A stretch of DNA of 63,863 nt, counting the filler, from Vannella sp. (lineage: Eukaryota): assembly GCA_023345925.1 (NCBI GenBank). It is 6 parts of 6 records of this genome, joined end to end, with 100 filler letters (N's around TTAATTAATTAA, not from the genome) between each part and the next. Parts side by side here need not be neighbours in the genome. Positions count along the whole stretch, not along the records: positions 44,336 to 49,780 come from JAJQQN010001260.1; positions 49,881 to 57,928 come from JAJQQN010000028.1; 4 more parts are not named here. One strand, 5' to 3'. The notes under the pieces were generated by a model. That model was not told the DNA's origin. It did no database searches and worked only from the letters and a program-made list of their open reading frames with translations. The translations under genes and the position numbers were made by a program. Numbering within the stretch: the stretch's first letter is position 1; each line of letters begins with the position of its first letter. Below are positions 45,497 through 58,028 of this stretch, one piece after another.

Positions 45497-48494
45497 ATGG
45501 GAGAGATCAAGAAGGACGATGATGGGTGTGCGTACATCGAAGGGTGTTTGAAGATGCTGATGGGAACGCAATCGTGTAGTGGAGCCAATTCCGTTCCAGG
45601 GAGTGGATAAAGGCGCAGTTGTTCAAGAGCGACGTGTGTTCAATGAGACGCCTGTGGATCCCCGCAAGTGTTGCCATCTTATGACCAAGGTTCTCTACCT
45701 TCTCAATAATGGCACTCACTTCAACGTACAAGAAGCCACCGACCTCTTCTTCGCCGCCACCAAACTTTTCCAGTCGCAGGACGTACGTTCAGTCCTCATC
45801 CCTCTTCCACCTGAGATAGATGTGCTTACGCATCTACTCTGCAGCCCATCCTCCGTAGGATGACGTACTTGATACTGAAAGAGCTCACGCCCTTTTCCAA
45901 GGACGTGATCATCGTTTGTGCTAGTCTCACCAAGGACATGAACAGCAAGAACAACAACTACCGAGCGAACGCAATCCGAGCTCTCTGCTGCGCTGTAGAC
46001 GATGTAGGGCCTCTCTTTGACGCATCGTAGGATCTCTGAAGGGAGAACAGATGGCACTATTGGGACAGCAAGGAGATCGTCTTCTGAAGCAAGCGGTCGT
46101 AGATAAGGATACTTACGTTGCCGCCTCAGCACTGGTCTCTGCCTACCACCTCTCCCACGTCTCCGTCCAGAACCAGGAGATTGTAAGACCTTTCTCACCT
46201 TGTGTGTTGTGTCTCATCTTGAGGTAGATCAAGCGCTGGGTCCAGGAGGTCACGGAGGCCAACAAGAACGTGCAACCTAACCTTGTCTCTTATCACGCGC
46301 TGGGCCTTCTCTACCGCATCCGCAAGCATGACCGCTTGGCTGTTTCGCGCCTGGCCACGACAAAAGCCTCCAATCAACACAGCAGCAACCAGATCTTCGA
46401 GACTTGCCTTTTCATCCGCATCGCCACCACGCTCATTCGCGATACTGGAGCCGACACGTAGGTCTCTCTCTCTGTCTCACACAACAGTATCTCATGATAG
46501 AGGATGGGAAGTGCGGCTCCTCTGGTCAAGTTCCTTCAAAACTGCCGCCATAGCCATGCCATGGTCAAGTTTGAGGCTGCTAAAGCCATTTGTATGTTGG
46601 AAGACCTTCTGCCACCCGCTGCCATTGCTACGGCTGTGTCAAGTAGGTTCTACTCTCTTGCTACGCCTCTCTCTATCTGACCATTTGCCCTCCAGTGCTC
46701 ACTTCTATCCTCTCCGGTGCCCTTCCAACGGTTAGGGTGTCCGCACTACGCGTGCTTAACCAGCTGAAGAGTCCTATCTCCTCTACCAGCTGCCATGAGC
46801 TGGAGACGCTTGTCTCTGATAGCAACCTCAGCGTGGCCACGCTGGCAATCAGTATGCTCCTCAAGACTGGGGCAGAGTCCTCTGTCGAGTCCCACCTCAA
46901 GACGCTTTCAAACTTCATGGTAGACATCTCAGACGAGTTCAAATGCAACGTAGCGGACGCTATCAAGGGGCTCTGCTTCAAGTATCCTCGGAAGAAGGCC
47001 GTTTTGCTATCCTTCCTTGCCAAGTCACTCCGTGACGATGGCCAGTACGAGTACAAGAGCAGAGTTGTTGATACTATCATGGCTATCATGGCTGAGATCC
47101 CTGCCAGCCGTGAAGAGTCCCTACTCCATCTGTGCGAGTTCATCGAGGACTGCGAGTTCACGGACTTGTCCTGCCGCATTCTCTACACCCTTGGGGAAGA
47201 AGGTCCCTCTACTAAGTGTGCTAGCAAGTACATTCGGTACATATTCAACCGCATTATCCTCGAGAACCCAACGGTACGCTGTGCTGCGGTTCAAGCATTG
47301 AGCAAATACGGGCGCCATTGCCCTGAGCTGCACGGCCGTGTTTGTCTCTTACTTCAACGGTGCTTTGGGGACTCCCATGCTGCTGTGAGAGATAGTGCAT
47401 TGGTACAGTACAAGGTACTGCAGAACGCTGACTTGAACCCTCTCATGGAGGGTCAGTTGAGCGTCCCTGTTGATAACCTGGTAGCTTCTCTCCAAGCCTA
47501 CTTGGCTGAAGGATCAGGAAAGCCTTTCGACATCTCTGTTGTCCCAAGAAAGGTCAAGCAACAGCCAAAGAAGCAGGATCCCACCAAGAATGATGAACCG
47601 GCTCGCGCCGCTCGTGCTGCCCCAAGTGCTGCAACAGGCGCCAATAGCTACGCAGCAGAGTTGGCTAAGGTTCCTGAGCTTGCAGACCTGGGCAAGGTCC
47701 TCTGCAGCTCCAAGGTTCACCCGCTCACAGAGTCAGAGACTGAGTACACGGTCTCTGTTGTTAAGCATATGTTCGCTGAGCATCTCGTCCTGCAGTTCAA
47801 CTGCATCAACACCCTCAACGATCAAATGCTAGAGAACGTCTCTGTACGAGTGGAGGTGGAGAGCGGCGAGTTTGAAGTGGTGGAGGAGGTTCCCTTGGAG
47901 AGCCTTCCCTATGATAGCGTTGGGGTTACTTATGTAGTTCTCCAAAAAGGTGCTGACAGCACCCCCATTGGCGCTCTGTCTTGCACTCTCAAGTTCACAG
48001 CAAAGGAGGTGGATCCCGCCACTGGGGAGCCGGATGAGAACGGATTCGATGATGACTACCAGCTGGAGGAGATTGAAGTGACTGTTGCTGACTACATGCT
48101 TCTCTGGACGTCTCCAAACCCTCAGGCCTTGTGGGATCAGCTGGGAGAGGAGAATCAATTGGTCGAGAAATACGCTCTTGGGTCATTCAAGACCCTGGAG
48201 CAGGCCTGCAAGGAGATAGCCGACTTTTTGCACATGTCTCCTTGTGGAGGAACTCAATACCAACCAGGCACCTCCTCCAAGAGCAAGCATTTGCTCTTCC
48301 TTTCCGGAAAGTTCTTAGGAAGTACTGATGTCGTGGTATGTGGAGGGGTTTCAGGCTTTTACATCTTGTGCTAATCATGTGGGTTATAGGCTCGCTCTCG
48401 TATGAAGCTGAACCCCAATGGGGGTGTGGCAATGGAGTTGGCGGTTCGTTCCACAAAGGAAGAGATCAATGTTGCTCTCTGCGCCGCTCTTTAG
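45497..48494 (+). CDS. COPG: coatomer subunit gamma
   Basis: [76 protein letters not shown]. Confidence 0.95.
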
Positions 48495-48543
48495 GCGGCG
48501 AGTCCCTCTCGATAAACTCTCCTTCTCATCAAATAGCTATTCT

Positions 48544-49098
48544 TTAGTACAGATTCAGTGCCATGTCAATCAGAGCATCAACTTCACGAGTGAGGGTGGA
48601 AGGCGTTTTTGTGAGAGCTTCCCTCATGGCGGAGATGATGGCTTGTTGCTTCTCTGTCAGCTTTCCAAGGCGTATAGCCTCTTCTACCTCATCCTCGTCC
48701 TGAAGTTCGACTCGGCGAGACTCTCCATCGATGGTGGCATCTAAAAGTAGGTCTTGGAAGAAGACTTGATCGTTGGTGATGGCGAGATCTTCGATCACGT
48801 CAAAGCGGTACCGCTGTAGTTGACCTTGAGGATCATGTATTCGATAGGCTGTAAGATGAGGCCGAGACATGGACCATACACCCCAACTGGTAGACTTGGG
48901 AGGAATCCCATACGGGTTTCCTTCCGGAGCCACCCAACGAGCCACCGCAGAGTACCCAGGCATCACCCTCCATCTCTCCAACTCAAACACTTGTTGCGAT
49001 CCCTTTAACACAGACTGCTTCACCTCTCTCATCGTCCCCAAACCCCGCCGCATCCCCCAAACCGAAGCCCTTGACACCACCAGCGACGTCCCAAACAT
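48544..49098 (-). CDS. DUF402-like protein with putative mitochondrial presequence
   Basis: YRFDVIE...FQDLLLD...LQDEDEVEEA matches DUF402 D-L-x-L-D / D-E-D-E. The N-terminus is Arg/Ser-rich and lacks acidic residues. Confidence 0.7.
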   Translation of the reverse strand: MFGTSLVVSRASVWGMRRGLGTMREVKQSVLKGSQQVFELERWRVMPGYSAVARWVAPEGNPYGIPPKSTSWGVWSMSRPHLTAYRIHDPQGQLQRYRFDVIEDLAITNDQVFFQDLLLDATIDGESRRVELQDEDEVEEAIRLGKLTEKQQAIISAMREALTKTPSTLTREVDALIDMALNLY

Positions 49099-49165
49099 GC
49101 AACGAAGGGGAAATGAGAGGAAATGAATTTACTTAATTTTACAATTAACCTGGGACAGGACCGGA

Positions 49166-49735
49166 TTAATAGGAGAAGCAGTTGGGCCAAATCTCGTTGG
49201 CTACTTGTTCGTCCATCCACACTGCAAGGAACTTGTAGTCCTCAATGTTGGGTTCAGCAGGTAGGAGAGGGCCCACTGATTTCACAAAGGACGAGGTTGG
49301 GAGTGGTCTCCAGGCTGGGGATGACGAGGTGGACCGAGGATACTCGTGGAAGACCTCATGGTTGGTTTGCGGTCGGGAAAGGGGATGCTTGTGATACCAT
49401 AGAGCAACAGGTATCCTTGGCGAGCCTCCATTGTGATTGGAGACCTCGAACATCCAGACCTTGGCAGAGGGTGGATTGGAGAAGCCTTTCTTGGGGCGAA
49501 GGATGAGTTTGCTGATGCGAAGGGTTACTTGGCGAGCAGGCAGGAAGACTTCTTCACGGCACTTGGCTTGGTTCCATCGCCATCTTCGATCGCACGGGAT
49601 GTTCTTGGCAGCGATGATTGTTGTGAGGGGAACGAAGTCTCCTTCCAAAGGCGACAAAGGTAGTCGAGGTACTCCGGGGACAGAGTCGATGTGGGCCTCA
49701 TAGACTCGAAGTGCTGTGGCGAACTCAGGGGTCAT
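49166..49735 (-). CDS. hypothetical protein, WRWNQAK-domain paralogue 1
   Basis: 189-aa intronless ORF with clear similarity to the ORF at 49945. Confidence 0.75.
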   Translation of the reverse strand: MTPEFATALRVYEAHIDSVPGVPRLPLSPLEGDFVPLTTIIAAKNIPCDRRWRWNQAKCREEVFLPARQVTLRISKLILRPKKGFSNPPSAKVWMFEVSNHNGGSPRIPVALWYHKHPLSRPQTNHEVFHEYPRSTSSSPAWRPLPTSSFVKSVGPLLPAEPNIEDYKFLAVWMDEQVANEIWPNCFSY

Positions 49736-49780
49736 AATGGAATGCTTCCGATGTAAGTCTCATGGAAGCAAAAGCTCCGG

Positions 49781-49880
49781 NNNNNNNNNNNNNNNNNNNN
49801 NNNNNNNNNNNNNNNNNNNNNNNNTTAATTAATTAANNNNNNNNNNNNNNNNNNNNNNNNNNNNNNNNNNNNNNNNNNNN
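49781..49880. other. artificial contig linker
   Basis: N44-TTAATTAATTAA-N44. Confidence 0.98.
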
Positions 49881-49944
49881 CTATTGAGATAACGTTTTGC
49901 TGCAACAGCAACAGCGTCGACTCTCAAGAGGTCGTTCTCATTTC

Positions 49945-50430
49945 ATGTTGTCCGCCACGCCCAGCAACCGAAGATTGAAACCAGAGCATGAGAAAGCATT
50001 GCAGCGTCTGCAATCCTTCTTGAGCGAGAGTGGAAGAGGAGGTCACAAGGGCATTGTCTCTCATTCATCGTTTGTCCAAGGCTCAATAGACACCTACGAC
50101 TTCAAAGTCCTCGCCCGACGAATCCCTTCGGACAGTGATTGGCGATGGAACCAAGCGAAAGGCAAGAAGGAGACCTTCCTCAGTGAACATAATGCGATGG
50201 TGGTGATGACCAAACTCATCCCCCGTCGACGACATGCAACATGTACTGACGTCCCTCGGTACAAGTTATGGCACTTTCTGATCAACTTCACCAGTGGTGA
50301 ATCATACACGGTTCTGTGGTGTGAGAAGGGAAGCACCCCTCTCCCTCCCACACTTCACATCTCTCATGCACTCGCTGTCCCACTCGTACCCCAGTTGGCT
50401 AAAGCTCACTTGAGCTTCATATGCAACTGA
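49945..50430 (+). CDS. hypothetical protein, WRWNQAK-domain paralogue 2
   Basis: 161 aa from the first ATG; shares PE..AL, IPxDxxWRWNQAK, E.FL, KLI.R, P..K.W.F and LW..K with the ORF at 49166-49735. Confidence 0.75.
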   Translation: MLSATPSNRRLKPEHEKALQRLQSFLSESGRGGHKGIVSHSSFVQGSIDTYDFKVLARRIPSDSDWRWNQAKGKKETFLSEHNAMVVMTKLIPRRRHATCTDVPRYKLWHFLINFTSGESYTVLWCEKGSTPLPPTLHISHALAVPLVPQLAKAHLSFICN

Positions 50431-50691
50431 GCCACTCCTGAATCATGTCCTCTATTGGCTTGGTTCTCACCCAATGGCCAGTCCTCAGCAGACTCGAGAT
50501 TGAAAAGCTCAAAGAAACGCGAATGAAGATCTTCCCATTTCAAATGTTCTCGCCACAGTTTCCCTGCGCGAGTATTTTCTATGTCCCCCAGAAAACCTCT
50601 CAATGGGTCATTTTGCTTTGGGACATTTTTTTTGATTATTATGGGATGAGCGATTTTTCCGTCGAAAGTTCCTCTTAATGGTCATTGGTGG

Positions 50692-53627
50692 ATGACGGGG
50701 AGTATGGAGGACCTCTCCTCGGGCAGAGACTTTGGCGAAGCGAGTCCTGGAAGGCTCACTGCGCGTGATGACCCCACCTGGGTTGATGGAGTACGGGAGC
50801 GCTTTCAACAGTTCTTTATTATGATGAAGAAACACCTCAAGTTGGCGGTGCGCTCTCCTCTCTCCCCCTTTGGCTTCTCTTCTCGTTCTCATCTTCTTTG
50901 ATCAGCTACGCAGCTGGAAGACCTCTCTGGTCCAGATGCTGGCCCCTTTGGCCTTCTTGATCATCCTTTTGATCCTTCAAGTCATCCCTCACGCTTCTGT
51001 CTTCCCTGGTACGCCCCCTTCCACCAGTATACCTTTCTTACATCCCTCACACTCCATCAGCGGGAGAGGAGCCCCCAGGAACTGTCATTGGTGGTATTCC
51101 AGCTTGCAAGGTATGAAAGTTGTCCGTCGCGGGGATCTGTCCCCTCTAACAAGAGATCAGGCCTTTGATACGCCGTTCTGCTTCAGCCTGATGTACGCTC
51201 CAGCCAACCGGAGCGATGTCAACCGAATCATAGGACGCATCGCGGCCGATAACGACTTGCAGATTGCTCCGTTCAATCCTGATCCCACACTGATGCCAAG
51301 CGGGGCGATCATCGCTTGTGAGAGCGTGCAACAGATCATCGACTTCGTTTATAAGTACCAGAACGTCACGCAGGCAGGTTCGTCCCCCTCTGGTCTCGTT
51401 TCCTCCTCTCACCGGGCCTAAGCGGTGGATTTCTATCCAAAGTATAACAAAGGGCTACCACAAGACCCTCCAGATCCAGAGTACACCTTCAGCTACAACA
51501 TCTTCTACAACAATACGTGCTTGACCCCCTTCGTACCTCTTGGGACTCGTTGCCCCAACATTCGCTACGCTCTACAACGCAGTATTGATGAATCCTTCAG
51601 TAAGGAATACCTCCGATGACCAGGAAGCTTGGAACTAATGGGAGAGCGGGAAAGTGGTCGATGTATTGGGTAATGTGACTTTGAATGTTGTCCGTCGGCC
51701 CTTCCCAACGGTAGCGTTCAACACTGCGTTGAATGATACTGTTAGTACTTATGGAATCCTCTTCTTCTACTGTGGAATGATGTTTAGCTTCGTCATTATC
51801 ATCTATCAGATTGTTTACGAGAAGGAAAGGCATCTGAAGAAGGGTATGAAGCTTATGGGACTCAAGTCAAGCGTTTATTGGAGCACCTGGTTCGTCTATG
51901 GTACAATGATGACCTTCTTGGAGGCTTGCTTTATGATGGCAGGCGGGTACGCCTGTCAGTTTGCCTTCTTCTGGGAAACCAACTTTTGGGTGAACTTTTT
52001 GACCTTCTTTGTCTTTGGGGAAGCCATGCTGCTTCTGGCCTTTTGGATTTCGACCTTTTTGGATACTAGCAAGGCGGCTATCTCCACGGGAATGCTCCTA
52101 TTCATAGTCGGTGTACTTTTGCAGATGCTGCTGGGATCTCCTTCTCTGTTGACCTTCTTGTTTTATGATCACTACTGGGTCTCTGTCATGCTTTACCATG
52201 TACTTATCTGGTACCCTCCTTTCAACTTTGCGAAGATCATTGAAGATGTCACAAGCAAGTCTTATGATTATGGCACTTACCAGGGCGTTGGATACAAGTG
52301 GAGCGACCTTTATGTGGCCACTCCTGACGGCAACGGCATCACCTTACCCCCGACAGTGCAGAGTCTCTACTTGTTGATGCTGAATATGGTTGTCTTCGCT
52401 GTTCTGACTTGGTACTTTGAGAATTTGCTTCCTGGGGAGACTGGAAAGTTCCAAAAGCCTTGGTTCTTCCTTACGAATGACTATTGGGGTATTCCTCAAG
52501 CTGTGCCATCTATGGAAGCATCTGGACCTTTGACCCGACTTCATGAGGACGCATCTCAAATTGACGAAGATGTTGTTGCGGAGGACCGTGATGCGCAGAT
52601 TCCCTCTGAAAAGAATGCTGCTGTTCGAATGGTCCGACTTTCTAAGAGCTACAGCAAGTTCCCTTTCATTAAGTCCAAGTGGGATGTCCACGCACAAGAC
52701 GCTCTCAGCATCAACATTGCCGAAGGAACTCTCTTCTGTCTCCTTGGCCACAATGGAGCTGGAAAAACTACAACTATCAACATTATGACTGGTCTATTCC
52801 CTCCAACAGAAGGAGATGCCTACATTTACGGACGCAGCGTTCGCGCTGAGATGAACCAAATCCGCCGTTCTATGGGTGTGTGCCCTCAGCATGACATCCT
52901 TTGGGATGAAATGTCTGCCAGAGAACATTTGGAGCTCTTCAGCTACTTGAAGAACGTCCCTTCAAAAGAGCGAGCCACATTAATCAAGGAGAAGCTTGAG
53001 ATGGTTCGCCTCACCAAGGTCGGAGACAACCGTGTGGGAAGCTATTCAGGCGGTATGAAGCGACGGCTGTCTGTGGCAATCAGCAGCATTGGAGAACCAA
53101 ACATTATCTTCTTGGATGAGCCAACTACTGGAATGGATCCAATGTCTCGTCGACATGTCTGGGAGTTGATTGAAAAGATGAAGAAGAACCGCGTCATTAT
53201 CCTCACAACTCATTCGATGGAAGAGGCCGATGTACTCGGAGATCGCATTGCCATCATGGCACACGGGAAGTTGCGTTGCATTGGCAACTCTTTGCACCTC
53301 AAGAACCGCTTTGGAGATGGCTATCGCATTAACATCTTCTGCTCTCAGATCGAAAATAACGTGGAAGTGAAGCAGCGTGTAAGTGAGTATCTTCCTGATG
53401 CCACACTCATTGCCGAAAGCGGCACTTCCTTAGTGTTTGGTGTTAACACAGATGACTACGAGACACTCGTTCCTTTCTTCCGCTTCTTGGAACAGGAAGA
53501 GAATAGAGAAAACACCATCATTCGAGATTGGGGCATCTCTCAAACCTCTTTGGAAGATGTTTTCCTCAAAGTCACTCGCGAGGTTTATTCTGGTGGCAAC
53601 CGAACTGACGGTGTTGCTGTCGTCTAA
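50692..53627 (+). CDS. half-size ABCA-family transporter (TMD-NBD)
   Basis: IVYEKERHLKKGMKLMGL, LLGHNGAGKTT, GVCPQHDILWD, YSGGMKRRLSVA, FLDEPTTGMD, TTHSMEEAD, TSLEDVFL; several 5' introns. Confidence 0.93.
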
Positions 53628-53729
53628 GCATCCAAGTCCGTTACAAAGCGCCCGAAAAGGTTTACAAAGCTCAATAACAATTTCTTCTCATTTATCTACC
53701 CACAAGCCATTTGAAGGTGCATTGAAGGG

Positions 53730-56700
53730 CTAGAAAAGGCCGAGACTCTTCTTGAGGTTTGTTCTTTTCCACTCCGGCATGGACGCAAGGTCATTCCTAG
53801 TCATTTGGAAAACAGTCTGAAACTCTTCATCACTGAGGTATTGCTAATTTACGGTAAGATTCCACTTTGGACGAAAGGAGTAGCTTACCTCGATGTTGGA
53901 AGTGTCCAAAGCCTTCGAGAACTGGTTGTTCTTTAGCTCTTCGTACGTGTAAGTTCGAGAGAATTGCGTTAAGATGCTTCGAACGTCCTCCAGTCCACCA
54001 CTCAAACCGTTGGACTGCTCTTTTGTCTTCTTATTCATCCAAGCGTGGAAATGAGTGGTAAAGCGATAAGGTTCTTCGCTTTCTAGAACCCGATAGATAG
54101 GAGCCAGCTGGTCTCCACGTTTGATTGGGGAACTATCTAAATACTCTGTTGCCGCTTCCATAGCCCAACGGCGCTCCTTCTCTGCAGAACGGCGACCAAA
54201 CCAGACAAACACCTCCGCTATGGCGTCAACAATGTAGACATCATGAGTGGAGAGATCGTCTTGGCAGTAGTCCACGACTTCTGAAATACCAAATGTTCCT
54301 GTGCCGATGGAGCAATGGAAGAGCCTGGCTTTGGGTGCTATTCTAAGTGACTCATAGGGATATGGTTGCCTACTTCCTGGCATAACCATCCAGAACATGG
54401 CTGGTTCATTGCCTTGTTCAATCACCTCCACAGGTAAGCTTAACGCCTTCAGTAATTTACTCTGGATGGCAAACTCTCTCTCGCACGGGGGAGAAAACTG
54501 TCCCACCCACACAAAGATCTTCATCTTTGCCACCAGCACAAACGTGTTAGTTGGATTAAGAGACTCTGAACGACACTTGAAAATCGTGAGTGATGATTAC
54601 CTTGCTAATAGGGAACTTACATGACACTGAGATGCATAAACACCAGAGGAATAAGAACGGATCTGATACATGGAGGGTTTGCTGGTGTCAATGGCGGCTG
54701 TTTTACCTGAGTGGATTACAATGCCGCCTCCAAATAGCTTTAAGAAGTGTTGAGGCTCCTTGTACTGGACAACGCGGATCTCTTTGGCCATTCCGCTGAT
54801 CTCCTTGTCCAACTCAATAGTTAAGACAGCGCTGGTTCCCTTCTCGTTGATAGTGCTATCGCGCCCTTGATAATAGTAGATAATGAAGCAGTCCTTGTTC
54901 TTCCATATGTACTTGTAAAGGACGATATATGACTCTCCAGAGAAGAAGAAGCCGTGTTGCTCAGGGTCATGAAGAACCTTCTCAAAGTCAGCAATCCTCC
55001 AAACTTTGACTTCGCCCGTTCCATCATCAATCATGACTTCTTCCTTCTTCTCGGCGGGCACATGTAGCTGTCTCACATCAACCTTTCCACTTAATTCAAC
55101 CTTGGCTGTGTTTGAACCAACTGCAACTTGGGCTACAACAATCGGTAAACCTGTGCTCCAGTTGGAGAACCTTTCCTTGAAGAGAATAGATTCTCCGCCT
55201 TCCATTTGGCGCTCTACATCGGCCACCCAGAATGGGCGTTCCTCTGCCATAGCCTGGGCCTTCTTCAAAGTCAATTGCCGGGCTTTGGTTGGGGCTTTTT
55301 TGCCAGTCCAAGGGTAGATCTCCGTCATACAGTCCAGGATAAAGCATTCCTTTGTATCCAGCAACTCCTTGGGGTACGGGCCGTCATGGACTAGCATTAA
55401 TTCGACTTGTGTTGCTTCCTCGCTTGGAATAACCACGCGGAATAGCTTGACGCACTCGCGGAATAGCTTGGAACACTCCTCGTCTTCTCCTCCTTCCTCT
55501 GGCGATCTAATTTTGCCTTGGCCAAGAACCTTCCAAATGGCATTAGCGTTAGAGTCCGTCTTTCCTTCTTCCACTGTGATAATCTGGGCGTTCCCAAAGT
55601 AGTATTTGTCTTTCAGTTTCTTTGCAAAGTCCAACGCAGATCCTTTTTCGATTCGATTGGACTTCTTTCCATTCCACTGATAGAGGACTCGTTCTCCGTT
55701 ATCGATAATGAAGACATCACCACTGTTCAACGACTTGTAAGTGACTTCAACTTCGCGAATGAAGACCCGTCGGCGTCCTTTCAAGTGATACACGTGAGGA
55801 GGTTTGACATTGGGAGCTCTGTCCTCCATGGATGCCTTGGATCGCTGTTCCATCCGCTTTTGGAAAACAGAGGAATCTACTCCCAGGGCCCAAAGCATTC
55901 CATATGCTCCAGCAGCAGCATTGCGAGTGGCAGCTGTTCTCTTCAGAGCATCAGCATCTGTGTCCCCACGGCGCCCTTCGTCTTCCTTCTCAATGCGGGC
56001 TCTATCCTTGACTGGGTTCTTGGTAGCCCTAGCCTTACGGCTGGGCCCTTGCAAAGGACTCTTCAAGCGGTTCAGACGAGAACCAGATTTCTTCTCCTCC
56101 TCTGCAATGTCTTCCTTTGCCATCTCAATTGCCTCAGGCTCAGGCTCAAGCGTCTCCTCTTTCTTCGGCTCAGAGAAAGCTTCTGGAATCTTGATCTTTC
56201 GAGAAGCAGGCGGAGATGGAGATGCCGCCGGAGAGATTGGAGGAGACGGCTTTTCGAGGGAATCCTTCTTTTCGAGAGAATCCTTCTTTGGAGATCCTTT
56301 CTGTGGGGATCCTTTCTGTGCCTGAGTGGGACTTGCTCGTTTTGCTGCTTCTGGGGGAACCACTGTCTCTTGTGAGAGACTTTTGGATCCAGTCTTTCCT
56401 CCAAGGAATGATTGGGTCTGAATCTTGTGAGAGAGTCGCATTATGGGGGTTGCAGAAGAAGCTATTTTCTTCTTCTTCATACTGGAGTAGCTTTCCCCTT
56501 TCGCTAAGCGTCGCTCTTCCCCTTTGATTTGTTTTCTGAGGACTTTGTCGTAGTCTTCCGCACCAGAAACCTCGAGAGACTTTTGCATCTTTGTGAGTTT
56601 CACCAAATCCTTCCAGCCATCATCGCGCCAATCCGTAAAGTGCTCCCGGAAGTACAGCATTTCGTCTCCATCTACAATCCAGGAGGTACCAATACATGAT

Positions 56701-57928
56701 GGACGGCCTGGCTGACGCTCCAGCTCCTCTGCCTTCAACAGAGCATACGATTTCTCATTTGTAGAAGATTGCATGCCAGCCCACACGAATATCTCGCTCC
56801 CTGCATCTAATACGAAGCAGTGGCTGCTATTGAGCATATCCTTTGTGAGTTCTCTTCCAGTTTGGCCTCCACTCCACACCATTTGAACGTCGCATTTGCG
56901 ATTGGAGTCGTTTTCGATCACCGAGTAGAAGGCAAATGACTGGACAATCTCTCCAGGCTTTGTGACATCGTTGCCACCAGCAACAGCACTCATCACTTGG
57001 CCTTTACCTCCTAAGTGGTCCCAGAACTCGAATCCCTCCGGTAAAAGAGGGGAATCTTCGCACAATCCAGCGTTCAGGGAGATGACTTCGGCAGCACCAA
57101 GAAAGGCTGCCAATAGGGAAGCCCAATGTTCGGCCTTGGCTTTCTCTTGGGGATCGCTTTCTCCTCCTTCCCAGACATAAAGCTTATTGCCAGCATCAAG
57201 GATGAAGCAGTCCCCCACGTTCATCGAGTTGTGGTGGAGAGGAACCTTGTGGACGAGCATGAAACTTTCCGTGCCTTTGACCCAAAAGAAGCGCTTGACA
57301 TACGCAACAACTGGTGCGGCAGAAGTTGTCTTCTTTTGGCTCAAACCGAGCTCACTGGCACTCAGATGGACAGCTTGCCCTTGTGTCTGAATTGAATTCT
57401 CTTTGGCCTGTTCAACAGCCTTGCGCCGCTCTGTTGTTGTTCCATGGAGAAACTGGATAATCAGCTGAATATTGTTACTTTGTAACACTTCTTTGGCCTC
57501 AGCAGGAAAGCGGTTCTCATCTAAATCAACCAAATTAAGACATTGGAGAGATGCCATCTCCTTGGGAAGGCTCTTCAATTGGTTCTTTCGCAAGCTGAGC
57601 TCTCGTAGCTTGGGTAAGTATGAAATCGTCTCTGGAAGCTCAGCAATGCGGTTATCGTTCATGTAGAATTTCACTAAACTTGCCAAGAAGGTTACTTCTG
57701 GGAGGGTAGTGAGCTGGTTGCTGGAGAAGTCAACCATCTGAAGAGAGTACATCTCTCCAAGCGAGCTTCCAGCACTGGTAATAGCGTTGTTGTTGAGGTA
57801 AAGTGTCTCCAGTGCATTCAAGAGCCCAAAGGAGGCGGGAAGCTCCGATATCTTGTTATGCGAGAGGTCCAAAAAGGTGAGTCGCTGTAGGTACTGTAGC
57901 TCGTCGCTCACACAGCTGAGGAGGTTGT
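53730..57928 (-). CDS. LRR + gelsolin repeats + villin headpiece actin-binding protein, 5' truncated
   Basis: LRRs; [24 protein letters not shown] (gelsolin); last exon [13 protein letters not shown]...[15 protein letters not shown] (headpiece). Confidence 0.9.
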
Positions 57929-58028
57929 NNNNNNNNNNNNNNNNNNNNNNNNNNNNNNNNNNNNNNNNNNNNTTAATTAATTAANNNNNNNNNNNNNNNN
58001 NNNNNNNNNNNNNNNNNNNNNNNNNNNN
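57929..58028. other. artificial contig linker
   Basis: N44-TTAATTAATTAA-N44. Confidence 0.98.

Noticed and set aside
55518..56375. Long antisense ORFs (e.g. 285 aa here, 376 aa at 20828-21958, 204 aa at 42160-42774)
   Set aside because: They are shadows of low-complexity or repetitive sense-strand coding regions and show no independent motifs.
20680..58028. TTAATTAATTAA palindrome recurring five times as a biological repeat or recombination site
   Set aside because: It is always centred in exactly 44+44 Ns and gives stops in six frames, so it is an assembly linker.
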